Notes: generated from the letters alone by a model not told the origin. A stretch of 64,000 nt of DNA from Botryllus schlosseri (GCA_051294905.1 CM119371.1:16184001-16248000), one strand, 5' to 3'. Numbered from the stretch's first letter, positions 14,594 through 28,225 are shown. A program made the numbers and translations.

Positions 14594-16438
14594 CAGTGGT
14601 TCTTAACATTGCCTCCAGCGCCCCCAAAGGGGCGCTGGCGATTTTGAAGGGGGCGGAAACGCTCAGGGGGCGATATGGGGGGCGCTGGAGACAAATTGCT
14701 TCGCAATAGATGATGTGGTAGTAGGACATATCCTTAATGAGTATTCAGAGCGAATTAACACCGAAAACTTCGTTATATATAGCCTACAAAAGACCCCTAG
14801 GTTTAATTGTCCATGGGCGCCTATGGCACCGAATGTTCCTGTCTTGGCAATCTGAACCTCAGAAGACGAAGTCCATCTGGCTGGGAAAAATTATATGTCA
14901 GTGAAGAAATACCAATTTGAAATCGTCTGCGTCTTTTAGTTTAGTACGATTGGGCGACAGGGATATATAGAACTAGATATCCCTGTTGGGCGATATCCCT
15001 GTTGGGTGATTCTATATTTTTTGATATAGCAGACAGGAGGTCACGAAATAACATTATGCAACGAAGTCATACCAACGGGTTCGCCCGCCCGAATATGTTT
15101 AATTATTAGTCACGGCCTCTACAGTTTGCAAGACACCTCACAATGTTCCCTTTACGTTTTGACGAGTCTGCGCACACTCTCCGACTCACTGCACAGACCC
15201 TTGAACAACAGTGCGTAACGACTAAAAAAAGGTCATAACTTCGGATTTGTTATGCGCAACGTAAATTTTCTGTGCGCAGAGACCGTGTCAGCAGTGCGCA
15301 CTTGCGCAGCTTAGAGGGAACATTGCACCTTACTCAGCTCTACCGGTAAATCTGGTAACGTGAGCAGAGAGGACAAGAAATTGATAGCAATATTTATGCA
15401 ATTCCCGATCTTATTGACCGATTTTATCATGAATTATCGAAAATTTTCGCGCTTCGCACTGGCTTGCTAAACAGTACAGCTGATTTCGTGGCAAAAGCGA
15501 GTAACGTGATGGGGGGCGGTCGGTTTATCACCCTATGGGTGCCCACGACCCAAGTTTTTTCGGGGGTCCTGACGAAGTGTCGTTTCGTTCCTGCCAACGG
15601 GTATACGCCCGAAGATGCATAATCATTATTGAGGGGTCTTACCTTTTCAATCACACATCACTCAGCTCTATCGGTAAATCTGTTCACGTGAGCAGAGAGA
15701 GGATAAAAATTGATATCAATATATATGCAATTCCCGATCATATTGACCAATTCAATCAATAAGTCGAGAAATTTTCCGCGCTTCGCGCGTCTAGGCGAGA
15801 ATAGCTGGCTCAGTAAATGGACACCAAATGTAGATGACCAGTATCAGCAAATAGCGGATAGCCAAAGGGGGGTCTTGGGGCGAAACCACCCGGAAGTTTG
15901 GTTTATCACCCTATGGGGGGCCCAAGACCAACGTGTTTTTCTGGGGGAGGGGGCTGACGAAGTGCTGTTACGGCCCTGGTGACGAATTAATTGTACCTAC
16001 GGGCACGCCCGAATATGCCTAATTATCAATTACGTGCCCTTTATTTTCCAATACAACAGCTCACTCAGCGCTACTGGTAAATCTGATTACGTGGGCTGAG
16101 AGGATAAAAAGTTTATAGCGACGTATATATGTAATTACCACCTATTCATTCATGCATTATAGAAAATTTTGGTACCTAGGACGACCAGGTCACACAAACT
16201 TTGCTGACTATCGAAATAACGCTACGGGGATTCTTGGGGGCGAAGCCCTCAGAAGTTTGGTTTATCACGCTATGGGTGAGCAAGGCAATCGTTTTTAGGG
16301 GAGTTGACGAAGTGCTGTTACAGCCCTCCCTCTTACTCATTGTCTTTATTACATTCTTTACAAGATGAGGTTGGAGAGCGCTGGAGCTCGATAATCTTTG
16401 AAAGGGGGCGCTGGAGGAAAAAAGGTTAAGAACCACTG
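14594..16438. mobile_element. Buster-type hAT MITE (CAGTGGTTCTTAAC...GTTAAGAACCACTG)
   Basis: TIRs; TSD gtttagaa/gtttagca (7/8). Confidence 0.8.
15330..16325 (+). repeat. Three degenerate ~330-400-bp tandem units inside the nested element
   Basis: ACTCAGC(T/G)CTA...GGTAAATCTG recurs at ~15332, ~15660 and ~16063; GGTTTATCAC(C/G)CTATGGG and TGACGAAGTG also recur three times. Confidence 0.7.
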
Positions 16439-18124
16439 GTTTAGCATTAGCAATATGACGTCGCGTGACGTCATGAAGTTCACGTTCGCGTTCACACAGA
16501 ACCTTTCAAAATGGTTCGCGTTCACACGAGCCTGAACCTTTCAGAGGTTCACACCATCCCTACTTGCTATACCACCAAGAATCAAATCGGGGGTTCCACC
16601 GTGAATAGTGCGGGACGCGGGGACGCTAACTCGCCCTCGTATAGTACCATTTGGGAAGGTGTTATCTATGCAAATATTCATCACTCTGGCAATCGGGCCG
16701 TGATGTTGAGGTTTGGTCGAAGATGTCGTTTTTTTCTAGTCGGAACCGGGGCTGAATAGCGAAATTAAGCAGGCTGATGACCAATGTTCCCTCTAATTTT
16801 TCAAGAGTCTGCGCAAACACGCCAACTCACTGCGCAGGACCTCAGACAACAGTGCGCAACCACCCTCCAATAGGGTGATAAAACTAACTACTGGGGGGCT
16901 TCGCCCCCAGACCCCCCTCTAGGCTTCGCCCCCCAGACCCCCCTCTAGGCTTCTTCCGGTACTTATCATGTACATTGGGTGCCCATTTAGTAGTAGCTTC
17001 CCTAAACGCGCGAAGCGCGAAAAATTTCTATAATTCATGATTGCATCGGCCAATATGATCGGGAATTGCATATATATTGCTATCAATTTTTTTCCTCTCC
17101 CTGCTCACACAATCACATTTACCGGTAGAGCTGATCCAGTGAGGTGTGTTGGAATAGATAGGCCCTCCAAATAATAATAAAACGGGCGTGCCCGTTGATA
17201 TAATGACTTCGTTACATGATGCTATTTCGTGACCCCCTATCTGCTATGTCAAAAGATATTGAAATCGCCAAAACGTACTAAAATAAAAGACGTACACGAT
17301 TTCAGATTGGTATTTCTTAACTGGAAAATAATGTTCCCTCGATATGGCATTTGTCTTGTTGTGGGACTCGGATCGCCAGGACAGGAACATTCGGCGCCAG
17401 CCATTTAGGCGCCCATGGACATGGACAATTACACATATATTTGTATATATCGAAGTTTTCGGTCAGCACCGGGGCAGTCTTTTTCGCTCAAGGTTTTCTC
17501 GCTGCTGATCGTTCTGGCGCACTTCTTGGATTCGCATGTTACTTAGCCTTTACCTTCATATGTCTTGGCGCGTCATGGTGCGGTAATGGCCGACGCCCAA
17601 CTGCCCATTTCTATAAATCATGCCTATTTTTTGTAGGGAAAGGGTACCCAATAATCAGATATCTTACAATAATAAAACGTGCGTAGCGCGAAAACAAATT
17701 CCTGTAAAATTTAAAAAAAAAACATGATTTATGGTAATTCTCGAAATAATTTTGGACCCCCTTCGAGCTCAGCCCCTCCAATTGGGGGGTTTGGGGTGCG
17801 AAAGTTACGGTCCTGAGTAAATCTTACGCAATGTTCATGCCCCGCGAAGAATACTATCATTCGTTAGTTTCTCGCAAATTAACTTCGAGCTAGCCCATTG
17901 TTATTTAAAACTTTGTTAAACCAGGTTATTTCGCTATTCCCAGAAAATAATGCGCTATTGAAATGATATCAGTATCGCTCACGTGTACGAGGCCATACTA
18001 AAAAGATATCTTCCGTTAGGCGCAAGTGATTGTGAACTCTAATTTCCTCAAGGAGCGCAATAACCTTTGCGGGGCGCATTTGTACCTCGGTTTCAGACTT
18101 CAGTGATAACACTATTTGGCCGTG

Positions 18125-18305
18125 ACAATGTTCTATCTTAATTTTCACGAATCTGCGCATCTGCGTGGTCCATTGGACAACAGTGCGCAACAACCATAAA
18201 AAAACATCGTTTCTGATTTTTTGTGCGCAACGTAGATTTTCTGTGCGCAGGGACCGTTTCAGCACTGCGCATTTGCGCACGTGCGCAGCTTAGAGGGAAC
18301 ATTGC
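18125..18305. mobile_element. Short MITE family with CAATGTTCCCTCTAA-type TIR; other copies or ends at ~15140-15327, ~16782 and ~33938
   Basis: CAATGTTC...TTAGAGGGAACATTG ends with TGCGCA-rich internal motifs shared between copies. Confidence 0.65.
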
Positions 18306-19137
18306 TGATGACCTTTTTCTGTTGGTTTTTTCTTAGTCATCATATGTCCAAATCTTCGACATTTATGGTCAATGGTCATTATACACCCGATCGACCGATA
18401 TTGCCTATTATTAATCCTGAGATGGCAACCTATAGTACGATCCACTTTCGTGATAGACTCTATGTAACACACCGCTGATGAATATCGGATAGCGAGTAGG
18501 AGCCTAGATCAACCTCCAACACGTCGGAAGGGATTCTGGAGTCGAACTCGAGCCATTCATTTGTGTTGCAGCGATGTATTGCGTACCACTTCGCTAATCG
18601 TCACTCAGATTACTCGAAGTGCCATAGGGTGCCGCGAACTATCTCTACCTTCGAGAGGGTCCATTAGGTCGAAAACATTGAGAACCACTGGATTAGTGGT
18701 TGGAGCTAGAGATGTTGTGAACGTGAGGTTGACGTTCGCGTTCTGTGTGTGAACCTCGGATAGTTAGAGGTTCACGTTCATCAACGAACCTTGGTAGGTT
18801 CTGCATTGTGAACCTTTTTAAAAATCACAATTTTCACGTCATTATAACATCTTTAATTCAAATTATTTGCATTTCAACTTCGGGCCACTCTATGCATGGT
18901 GCTAGCAGCAGAAAAAAATCAACACTAAACAAGCATGCACCATGCCAATCTCAAAAAGTTTACTTGCTTTGTAACAACAGTTTTCTCGAAATATCCAGCT
19001 TTCCGTTTTTGTGAATATATAGTAGCTCTCGGCCGGGAGCTTGATTTGCAGTCACAAAACACCAAGAGCGAAATTCGCTACATGTAGGTAGCCAGCGAAT
19101 AATTCTCATAACACCAATCAATGAAATTGATATAAAG

Positions 19138-21087
19138 CAGAGGCGGGCAACTTCTCGAATCGGCGGGCCGGATATAGGAAAATTAAGTACATGGCGGGCC
19201 GGATTGCTGAATCGATACATCATTTGCCCATTTATCCACATAAACAAGGAATATATCGTATTTATTGAATGTATTTTAACGACAGCAATGTCTCTTCAAA
19301 GGCATTTCTCGCCGATAGTGACGAAGACAATGTGGATTTGAGAATAGCATTGTCATACAAGCGCCTTCATGTCTGATTCTGTCTGATCAATCAACACACC
19401 GTGCAATCCTTAGTTAAGATGTCAAGGCGTTCGATGAGCCCGTTACCCAGAATTTACCAAGATATCAATTCATTAGGGTCCTCGCCACCTCATCCGCGTC
19501 AGCGGTGTCTTACAAAAAGCCTAGAGGTGGGCCGTGCTATAAGTCAGCAGTTACGGAAAATAAGAAGAATATCGGCCTGGTGTAAATGACCATAGTAGTC
19601 GACAAACACCATGAATACCCCCCCCCCCCAACAAAAAAAATCATTAGGGTTGAGTAGGTGACGAGATAGCGTCGTTGTTTTACTGTGTGGTCTACTTAAT
19701 CTCGATATTTAATTCATGCGGCCCGCGTCCTCTGAGAAATTTGAAAAGTGGTCCGCGACCCATTTTGATTTTGATTTTTGATTTGGCGATTTGGCGAAGT
19801 GTGCCGTGCTACAAGTCGGCGGTTACGGAATCAAAAATAAGAAATACCAGCCTGGTGTAAATGACCATTGTAGTCAACAAACACCATATTACCACAGACG
19901 ACATTAGAGTTGAGTACTGTACATCGAAAATGCCGATTACGCAAGTCTTCTCGCGTCGACGAACTTACGAGTAAGATCCACTCTCGCGCGCTGCGCATAC
20001 ACGTATATAATAACTATAGGGCCATTTAAAGTCATTAAAGTCATATTTTTTTCTCTGCGTCAGTAAGTCGTGAAATCAATTTAAACGCGAAAACCACGTC
20101 CCTATGGGGTATATTAAGAAAGTTATAAAGTCATATAAAGTCATATTTTCCAGGTTAGGTCATATTTGAGTTATAAAGTCATATTGTTGCATACTTTAAA
20201 TAAAAAGTGCCAATTTAAGCGGTGAAGCAATAAAGCACTAAAGCACTAAGAAAGTAGGGCAATTTCTGATTGAACGAAGGCAAGCTGTAAGGTTAGCCTA
20301 CATAACACTACGGCAGTCACAGACCTATGAGGTCACACATTGCCTTGTGTTGCTACACAATCTGTTTTACTTCTGTGCATTGAAGTAGGACATCATTTGA
20401 AGTTCAATCAGTGGGTAGGCAGACTAACAGGCACTATCTTGGTCTACTTATATACAAATACATTTGGATTTGAATAAATAATAAATAATTGAAGAATTGG
20501 TCACCGAAATATGCCTCCACTATAACAATATTTCAAACTTGATACTGAAAATGGAAAGTTGTACGTACACCATCAGAGAGGCTAATGCTGATCTAAATGC
20601 CCTTGATTTCAGAAAAGATCCGCTTGAGCTCAAAAATTACATTAAGAAGCGATTGGACAAAAACGATGTGAAACAAATTATGGAGCTACAAAGGCAAGAC
20701 ATTTCACCAGCGCTGAATGCAAAACTGCAGAAGTGTCAACCCACATCAGCGTCTGTGGAGCGCTCATTTTCCTTACTAAAGTCATTTTTACGTCCAAATT
20801 GTCACTTTAAAGACTCCAACATTCCACACTACATGAAACTGTACTACAACAGTGGTTTGAAATAAAAATGGATGGGTATTACTGTTATGTTGTGTATGTG
20901 TGACTCGTCAGTTCCATGAGTGACGTTGGTACATGTAAAATTACACTATTTTCTCATAAAGTCATATAAAGTCACCATAATTTGACGTAGTAAGCAAGTA
21001 GTGTGGAATCTCGGCAGACTGGGGCCGCGGGCCACATTATCATGGAAGACGGAAAACTGTCCGCGGGCCGTATGTTGCCCGCCCCTG
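19138..21087. mobile_element. hAT element (CAGAGGCGGGCAAC...GTTGCCCGCCCCTG) carrying SINE fragments and a transposase remnant
   Basis: TIRs; perfect TSD atataaag. Confidence 0.85.
20497..20865 (+). pseudogene. hAT-family transposase C-terminal (dimerization-domain) remnant
   Basis: CQPTSASVERSFSLLK matches the hAT PxTSxxxERxFS motif; no N-terminal part is present. Confidence 0.75.
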
Positions 21088-22329
21088 ATATAAAGAATAC
21101 ATCGCTCCTACGGGATCCATCTTTATTTGGTATGTTTAATGTACCATAAAAACCAAATCCGTGCGGTTCCCGTGTTGGCTACTGTATAACTTGTGAATTG
21201 GGTAATATCGGTAGCTAGTATAGAAACTCGTTGTGCACTATATACTCAACATCAATGTAGCTATAGTTAGACGCCGAATACATTTCCGGTCTGCCTATAG
21301 ACCGCTAAGGCGTAAGCTTACAGTCCCTTGCAAGTCCTCGTCGAAATTGTTGACAAAGCGACGGAAGATATTGATTTTATGGGATTATTATATCATATGA
21401 TTGACCCAGTTGACACATTTGGAGACTTTTCAAAAGTTGCCATGTACTGCAGCATTGTGGCATAATGTGGCCTGAATCGTCGCTAGGTATCGCGGACACT
21501 CTTGAAGCTACCATCAATCATTGGGAGTTACAAAGACAAAGTAGGCAATTTTCAAAGTTGTTGAATATCCCCGCAGACTATGGGGTATAAATGCCACGAA
21601 ACGGTCGTCCCGAAATATTCTTCGGAGAGTTTATCATTTTTCACAATTACATCTGAAGCAATTTTGACCTATTTCATGAATCGGCAAGTGTTACGGAATT
21701 TGACAACTTATTTGTAGCATCACGACCTTGGTCGGCCACGGTCTTGGATATCTACAATGAAATTTGTCTCGTATACGTTGCATTTTCGCGTTCTGTTATC
21801 TGTCTCGTAGAGCGTGATTTGTTGATTCATCAATTGCTTCTTCGGTAAACGCTCGGACATCAAACAATCCATTTCAACACAGATTCCATGATATCATATT
21901 TTCTGCGTTCACATGGGATGAAGAACTCTACTAACCTTACCACTATGCACAAAAATATTGCATACAATTGAATAGTATATTCATATTGAAATGAGCCTGA
22001 ATACTTTCGGCTGACACACGTCAGGGATAATCGTCAGCAACTAGTAGAGAATGGGAAATCATTTTGTGTATCAACAATCGTATCACAATCTTTCCGATTA
22101 ACGTTGTATATTGACGTTCTGCACCTTCAAGAAACTCACCAAGATATATCGATATTCTATACTGTTAACTAAAATAATGTCACCTTGAATACAGTGAACT
22201 CCTCACTCATTCGTACGAACAAAAGCCAGAACAGACATTTGTTCCTTTGACTTATCTAATGCCGTGCGAAACATTGTCTATTCAATATCGCAGTTTCCCC
22301 AGAACCATTAAATGATTGTGACGTTGATA

Positions 22330-23385
22330 TCATGAGTCGATTCGGTATTTCTCTGTGCATATCAAGTCTCTAAACACATTAAGGATGTCTTTAAAGGACT
22401 TGAACGTTACCAAAATACAGATTGAATAGATAACAAAACATATATTAAACAGCGTAATAGTTATCACCAGAGGCAGGTTATCAGTCGTTACGAACGAAAT
22501 ACCCATCAGGATTACCCCTATACAAATTATAATGACAGTAGCGACAGTCGACCGCCGCATCAGTGCCTTTAGAGAGTTAGCCCTATCATCCTCCGCACCC
22601 AGATTCACTTCAGAGTCTAGGGCACCAGCGTTCCTGTTTTGTTTGCAGCCGCCATTCTTCAATTTACGATGTCTGGCTAAACTTCTGTACAGTGGGTGCA
22701 TGAAAAGTACCAACAGTATCACCTGATTGGCGATCTCGTTTATAATTAGCACGTATCCACGAATATACAGAGCAAAGGTGGGATTCGTTCCGTTTACAAA
22801 TATCGGCATTCCTGCACATCCGAATGTTGAGTTCGTCGTTTTGGGAAGTACATACATAAAGAATATAATTGCGTATACCACAAAAACCACAACAATATGG
22901 ATACGACTCGAGATCCGTGCCCACTTTTTTGTGAAGAACTTTACGCGTGGGTGGCAATTGATCGTGTGCTGCCGGTACCATAGGAAAGTATATTTCGAAC
23001 TACCAGCAAACCATATCGATATATAGGCTGCATCCAATAGTACTTCGCAATCGATCCTTGGTTCCAGGATGCCATTCGTGTAATACAAAATTTGATTCAA
23101 AACTAATCCAGGCATGTCGCCAATAACACCAAGCGTGCACAGGGTGTAAATTGTTCCCGTGTCCATTTGATTTGCGGTCGTCGATGATTGTCGAGGCCGA
23201 CGCCACACCCCAGTAATGAATCCGTATGTTATGACGCACGCGCTCATGTAGCTGGACACGCAAATAAGGAACGCATTTATGAACTCAAATGAAATGAGTG
23301 CTCTCTGATATTCGGATCCGTTTCGCGCACCGCCACCAGTGTCCGAATGATTCGCTATGAGCAAGATATCAACCGTCATATTCAT
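22330..23385 (-). CDS. Intronless orphan seven-transmembrane (GPCR-like) protein, 351 aa
   Basis: Seven hydrophobic segments; N-terminal N-glycosylation sequons (NMT, NHS, NGS); Cys at the top of TM3 (DCEV) and in ECL2 (FGC); basic long ICL3; LWYRQ at the DRY position. Confidence 0.85.
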   Translation of the reverse strand: MNMTVDILLIANHSDTGGGARNGSEYQRALISFEFINAFLICVSSYMSACVITYGFITGVWRRPRQSSTTANQMDTGTIYTLCTLGVIGDMPGLVLNQILYYTNGILEPRIDCEVLLDAAYISIWFAGSSKYTFLWYRQHTINCHPRVKFFTKKWARISSRIHIVVVFVVYAIIFFMYVLPKTTNSTFGCAGMPIFVNGTNPTFALYIRGYVLIINEIANQVILLVLFMHPLYRSLARHRKLKNGGCKQNRNAGALDSEVNLGAEDDRANSLKALMRRSTVATVIIICIGVILMGISFVTTDNLPLVITITLFNICFVIYSICILVTFKSFKDILNVFRDLICTEKYRIDS

Positions 23386-23551
23386 CTATGATAATGTATT
23401 ACCCAACTGTACTTATAGCTTACGTTCTCTGTAATAGAAGGTTTTAAATGAGCTAAGGTCCGTTATATACACGCAACAAAGAATTTCGGCTGTAAACGTC
23501 CAGCGTTCTCTATGACCAGGATGCCAGGTGCCGTGATCCTATTCTCTAAAT

Positions 23552-25697
23552 CAGGGGTTCTCAACCCGTGGGCCGCATGCGGCCCGCGACATCTTTCATT
23601 GTAAACGCAATTGCTACTGGCACGATATTGTTAAATAATAATTTAGCTACTTAGCTCTCTTATCGCACAGTCTCTGTCCCGTTTGATTACTGATTCTTTG
23701 ATGTTTTCTGGTTTCTTGATGTATGCTCGAGTGTAGATTGTTATTGTTTTAAATCGGTATTCGGCTGGACTCTGGTTCAAGACAATTCCGTTGTGTAGTA
23801 CACTTTTAAATAGTGTTTCACTCACCACGAATCGTTAGAACAGATACAAGAACAAGGAAGTGGAAATTAAACGGCGGGAACTGGGTTTGTAAGTCTGCAT
23901 GGAACAATCAATTTGCTTTCTCAGATACAAATGGAAAACCGATGTGACATATTTGTCGAAGATCAGTTGTAGTAATGAAGCGTAGAAACTTAAAATTATA
24001 CCACGACACTTTCTTCTGAAGTATACGTATCGCCTGATGTTAGAAAAAACATTGCTAGCTAGGTGGCAAGCCCACCAATCCATATTTAAAGGCATTGTTA
24101 AAATTGTCGACGATGTAACAGACGCATGGTTCAAAATTGCCTGGAATATCGCTAAATCCATGAAATTTGCCAGAGAAGGTGTCATTTCAATAAAAACTAA
24201 ACATCCTGTGCGAACATTCGCTGCTTCCGGAACTTAACGAGCAAGGACAACATCACCTGACAAATGTTGAAGCTACAGTTGTCTGATTGAAACGTGACCA
24301 GAAGAGTAACAGCAATGTCAGTCGATCTTTCATCGCATGTTCTGAAATACGTTGCCGCGTAAAGTACTTTAGCCTAGCATCGGACGAATCCACTGACATT
24401 GCATAGCAAATTATCTGGATGCTTTTTATCAGAGTGGAAATGCTGGCAGGACAAACGCGGGGAGGGCCGAGCGGAAAACATCAACTTGACAAAGCCGACT
24501 CCTTTCTATATGACTATTGGTGCAGGGCTCCAGACATGGAAGGAAAGGAGTAGGGTTGATTGGTTTGTTCAGAAATGACCCGAATGCCAGACTTCTTCTC
24601 ATATCACTAGGGAGCTCAAAGAGATAATGGCCTCTGTAACGAAAAAGCTACCGTAATTTTATACTTGCTCGCTCACGTATTGAAACAGAGACTTCGGTTC
24701 TCTGGTGGAAGGGTTTGAAGGTGCATATACCGACTTGGCAACTAATGCAATGCACGCTCAATGACGGGATGTACTTGCGCCGCAGGAAAATAATATACTC
24801 ACTAAAACAACAACCGCAAACTTGCGAACATTGTCCATCAATGGTTTAGAATGCAGAAAAATGTACCAAACGCCCGTATACGACTGGTAATTAGGCTACA
24901 GTAGCCTAGGCTTACCATATTTTGGAAATGTAAAAAGAGGACACTTTTTCAGAAATTTCAGACATGCAAAACTGGAGAAGAACTCTCAAAAACCGGTAAA
25001 TTTTTTTCATATCGTGATCGGTTGACTAAAAAAAGGTCATCACTTCCGCTCAGATCTCAAAATAACGTTTTTCTCTCCACATTGCCAGGAGGATGACTAA
25101 AAAAAAGGTCTTCTTTTTGCTCAGAGCTAAAATCACCGCTTTTCCCTCCGAAATACCCGCCGGAGCTTCACTTCTGCGCTAATTTGCGGCATATCACTCG
25201 CAATTTCCTCTAAATCTGACCGAAATTTTCAGAAAAGAGGACAAAAGGGTGTCCTCCGAGGACACTTTCAAAAAAGTCAAAAAAGAGGACAAATCCTCTT
25301 AAAAGAGGACGTATCGTAAGCCTACCCCTAAATGAGTGTGGGAAGTGAGTGGCGCAGTTGGATAAGCGGTAGCGTCACGTCACCAATGGCAGTGGTTCAA
25401 ATCCAGGTTCGCACCAACTTCTACGTGTCGGAGGCTTCTCTGGTATAATCCAGTGTTGGGATCAAGTCACTACCTTCGAGTCACGAGTCATTTCGAGGAC
25501 AAAAAGGCGTCCTCCGAGGACACTTTCAAAAAAGTCAAAAAAGAGGACAAATCCTCTTAAAAGAGGACGTATGGTAAGCCTACAGTAGCCTAAATTTAAT
25601 AGTTGCCCATAAATACATGGAAATAATGTTCTGCGGCCCGCAACGTATTTTGCAGTTAAAATGCGGCCCGTTATACAAGGGAAGTTGAGAACCCCTG
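23552..25697 (+). mobile_element. Decayed Buster/Charlie (SPIN/GTF2IRD2-like) hAT transposon with transposase remnants
   Basis: CAGGGGTTCTCAAC...GTTGAGAACCCCTG TIRs; perfect TSD ctctaaat; broken reading frames give FKIAWNIAKSMK (~24130) and FSLASDESTDIA (~24368). Confidence 0.85.
24907..25582. mobile_element. hAT MITE (TAGGCTTACCATA...TATGGTAAGCCTA) with duplicated right end; related termini at ~11332, ~35790 and ~50735
   Basis: Perfect TSD cagtagcc; GAGGAC subterminal repeats; the right end occurs twice (~25237-25323 and ~25495-25582). Confidence 0.8.
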
Positions 25698-26607
25698 CTC
25701 TAAATCATCACTATTGTCCGGGATTAAGTGCAGAGCAAATATGCAACCAAAAATTGCATGAGGCGGAATCTGCATATAGAATCATTACATTGATCTTCTG
25801 GCCGGAGTCGGGGATAAAACTTATTATGGTGTGAGCGTCTGACGCAATTGACGCTCAATTTACGGATCTTCAAACTCAATAGAAAAATTGCATGCCTTAT
25901 AGACTTGATCATTTACTCTCCCACATAAGCTGTCCCATTCAGTTCAACAAGTGTTCTCACGAATCGACATCAGTTACTGCAAGGCCTGGTGGCGTGAAGT
26001 TTACTGTGGATATGGAATGAAAAGCATACTTAAAGATAATCTTTATCGAGGAGTAGAAGAAAAAGAGGATGCTTGATGGAACTATGAATAAATCATCCTG
26101 AGCACGGCGACATGAATTACATGTTCGTCGTGATCACATGTGAATTGGTAAGTGAACTAGGCTAGGGCTATGTTTTACCTCTTTGTTCATCGCAAGAAGG
26201 CTATATTAGAAATTTGTCGAGTCCTTCACTGCCTGCCTCCCGCTTGCTGTTAGCAACGCCATTCCCGGTCCATCATTGCATTTAATTGTTCGTCATACCA
26301 TACAGGCATACACCCTCTTTCGCATGGAATTTCACACAACATCTGATTTTTTGACGAAGATGGTGACATCCAATCATGTTACGCTGTTGAGCGTCATCCG
26401 GTCGCTCGGCGTCATGCACGCTTTTTCAGTAATGAGGAAGTTTACAGTGGAAAGTGTCTCTTGCTATTTGTTAAATCCTAAGCATTGTCGCCCATATTAT
26501 TCGCATTGTCGCAGTATACTTTCAAATGGAATTCACTCCGTTAAAACGGATTGATATGCCTCATCTACGCTATATCGAGCCAGTTGTTTGAGTGCAAGTG
26601 TCATCGG

Positions 26608-28225
26608 CAGGGGCGAGCAATTATTTTTCTCCGCGGGCCAAATTAGAGCAGAAAATACATTGGCGAGCCGAGCCAAAAATTTCAACTATCTACTGCGGCG
26701 TAATAATAGTATTTACTAATTGAAAGCAGTGAATTGCATTGTTAATACATGGTGCTTAGTTGATGTATTGATATTAGGTAATGAAGAGGTGACGGTTAAT
26801 TGACAAAATTAATATTTATTCGCCGACATAATTCAAAACAATGATGGACATGATACATTTAAACCTCTTTTAAACACACATACATGTTTTTTATTAAGAC
26901 AATAAAATGTACTTAGGATACTAGAAAGCTCTTCTTGGTCGCTGCCTCCTGAGCAGTGTATGTGTATATCTTGGTGAAATAGCCATTGTTGTTAATGTTC
27001 GCTCTCCCTTAGTCGATTGTCTTCGTATTTTTGCCATAGTACTGACTTGAATTATACCCCCCCATGGCGACCTACTCGCCACAAACTGAAACGACGGGTC
27101 CACCCCCGACTAACAAATATTCAGTGCTCTGAATCTTCTTGGAATTTCATCCGTCGGTCTTCATCTTAACTTTTTGACATGCCCGCCCATTCATCGTCTC
27201 ATGGCGAGCACTGATTGACTTGTTATATGAATTAGTGATTTGGACAGGTATCATGTAGCAACTTGAAGCACAGAGTGTGTAAATGTGGCAATGGCCACTA
27301 AGGTTTAAAGACGAAACGATATGCTGGAAACAGTGACTTTTTGCGACTTTAATTGTTACGGCACACTTTGCTACATAGGCTTTATTTTGAATTTGTATTA
27401 CTCATATAACGTACGTAGGCTATGTAATCGCGACAAATAAATAAACAGGTTAAATAGTGAACGAATGTCCGGCTCAGTTTATACAGCCCAGGATTTTAAT
27501 CCACGGATTAGCATTCAAAAGTAGGTTTTATTATAGATAGCTAACCTACGGATAGATACGCAACCCCCGTCGTCACGCTTGCTTGCCCAGAGTTAATTAC
27601 TGCTCAACAATCTGAACGCCACAAGATTGCTAATCTCATAGCTGACGACCCGAGCTCTCGAATTGAATAAAGTTTGTCTTATTTGAAAGCTACTGTCACG
27701 CTGATTCCGAAAATATAGATAAAATTTCATCAAGGCAATGGAACCACGCCGAAATAGCCTTCAAAGTCTGAAAATCGGCATTGTTCTGAACAATCGCAGC
27801 GACGCAGCATAATGAACATAACAATGACGCTTGCGTGCTTGCCATTGTTCAGAACAATGCCAATTTTTATAATTTGAAATGTATTTCGAGGGGGTTCCGT
27901 TACCCGGATCAGATTTTATTGTCTATTTTCGAAATCAGTGCGACAGTAGCTTTCAAATAAGATCCCCTTTATCTAATTTGAGCGCTCGGGTCGTCAGCTA
28001 TGGGATTAGCAATCATGTTGGGTTCAGATCGCTGAGCAGTAATTTCCTCTGGGCAAGCAAGCGTGACGACGGGTGTTGCGTATCTGTCCGTAGGTTAGTT
28101 ATCTATAGTTTTATGTTCTGAATTCTGGGTAACTTTTCGCGGGTCACTCAAAATCGCGTCGCGGGCCAATCAAAATCGCGTTGCGGGCCGCATTTGGCCC
28201 ACGGGCCGCACTTTGCCCAGGTCTG
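26608..28225. mobile_element. hAT element containing an internal fold-back (~27525-28110); duplicate at 46168-48223
   Basis: CAGGGGCGAGCAA...TTGCCCAGGTCTG ends; perfect TSD gtcatcgg in both copies. Confidence 0.8.

Larger units (their letters stand above)
13745..16562. mobile_element. hAT-like non-autonomous element (TAGAGATGGTGTGAAC...GTTCACACCATCCCTA) containing nested element 14594-16438; second truncated copy at ~18707-21500
   Basis: TIRs, GTTCAC/GTGAAC subterminal repeats, perfect TSD cttgctat; the body aligns by eye with 18707-21500. Confidence 0.85.
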
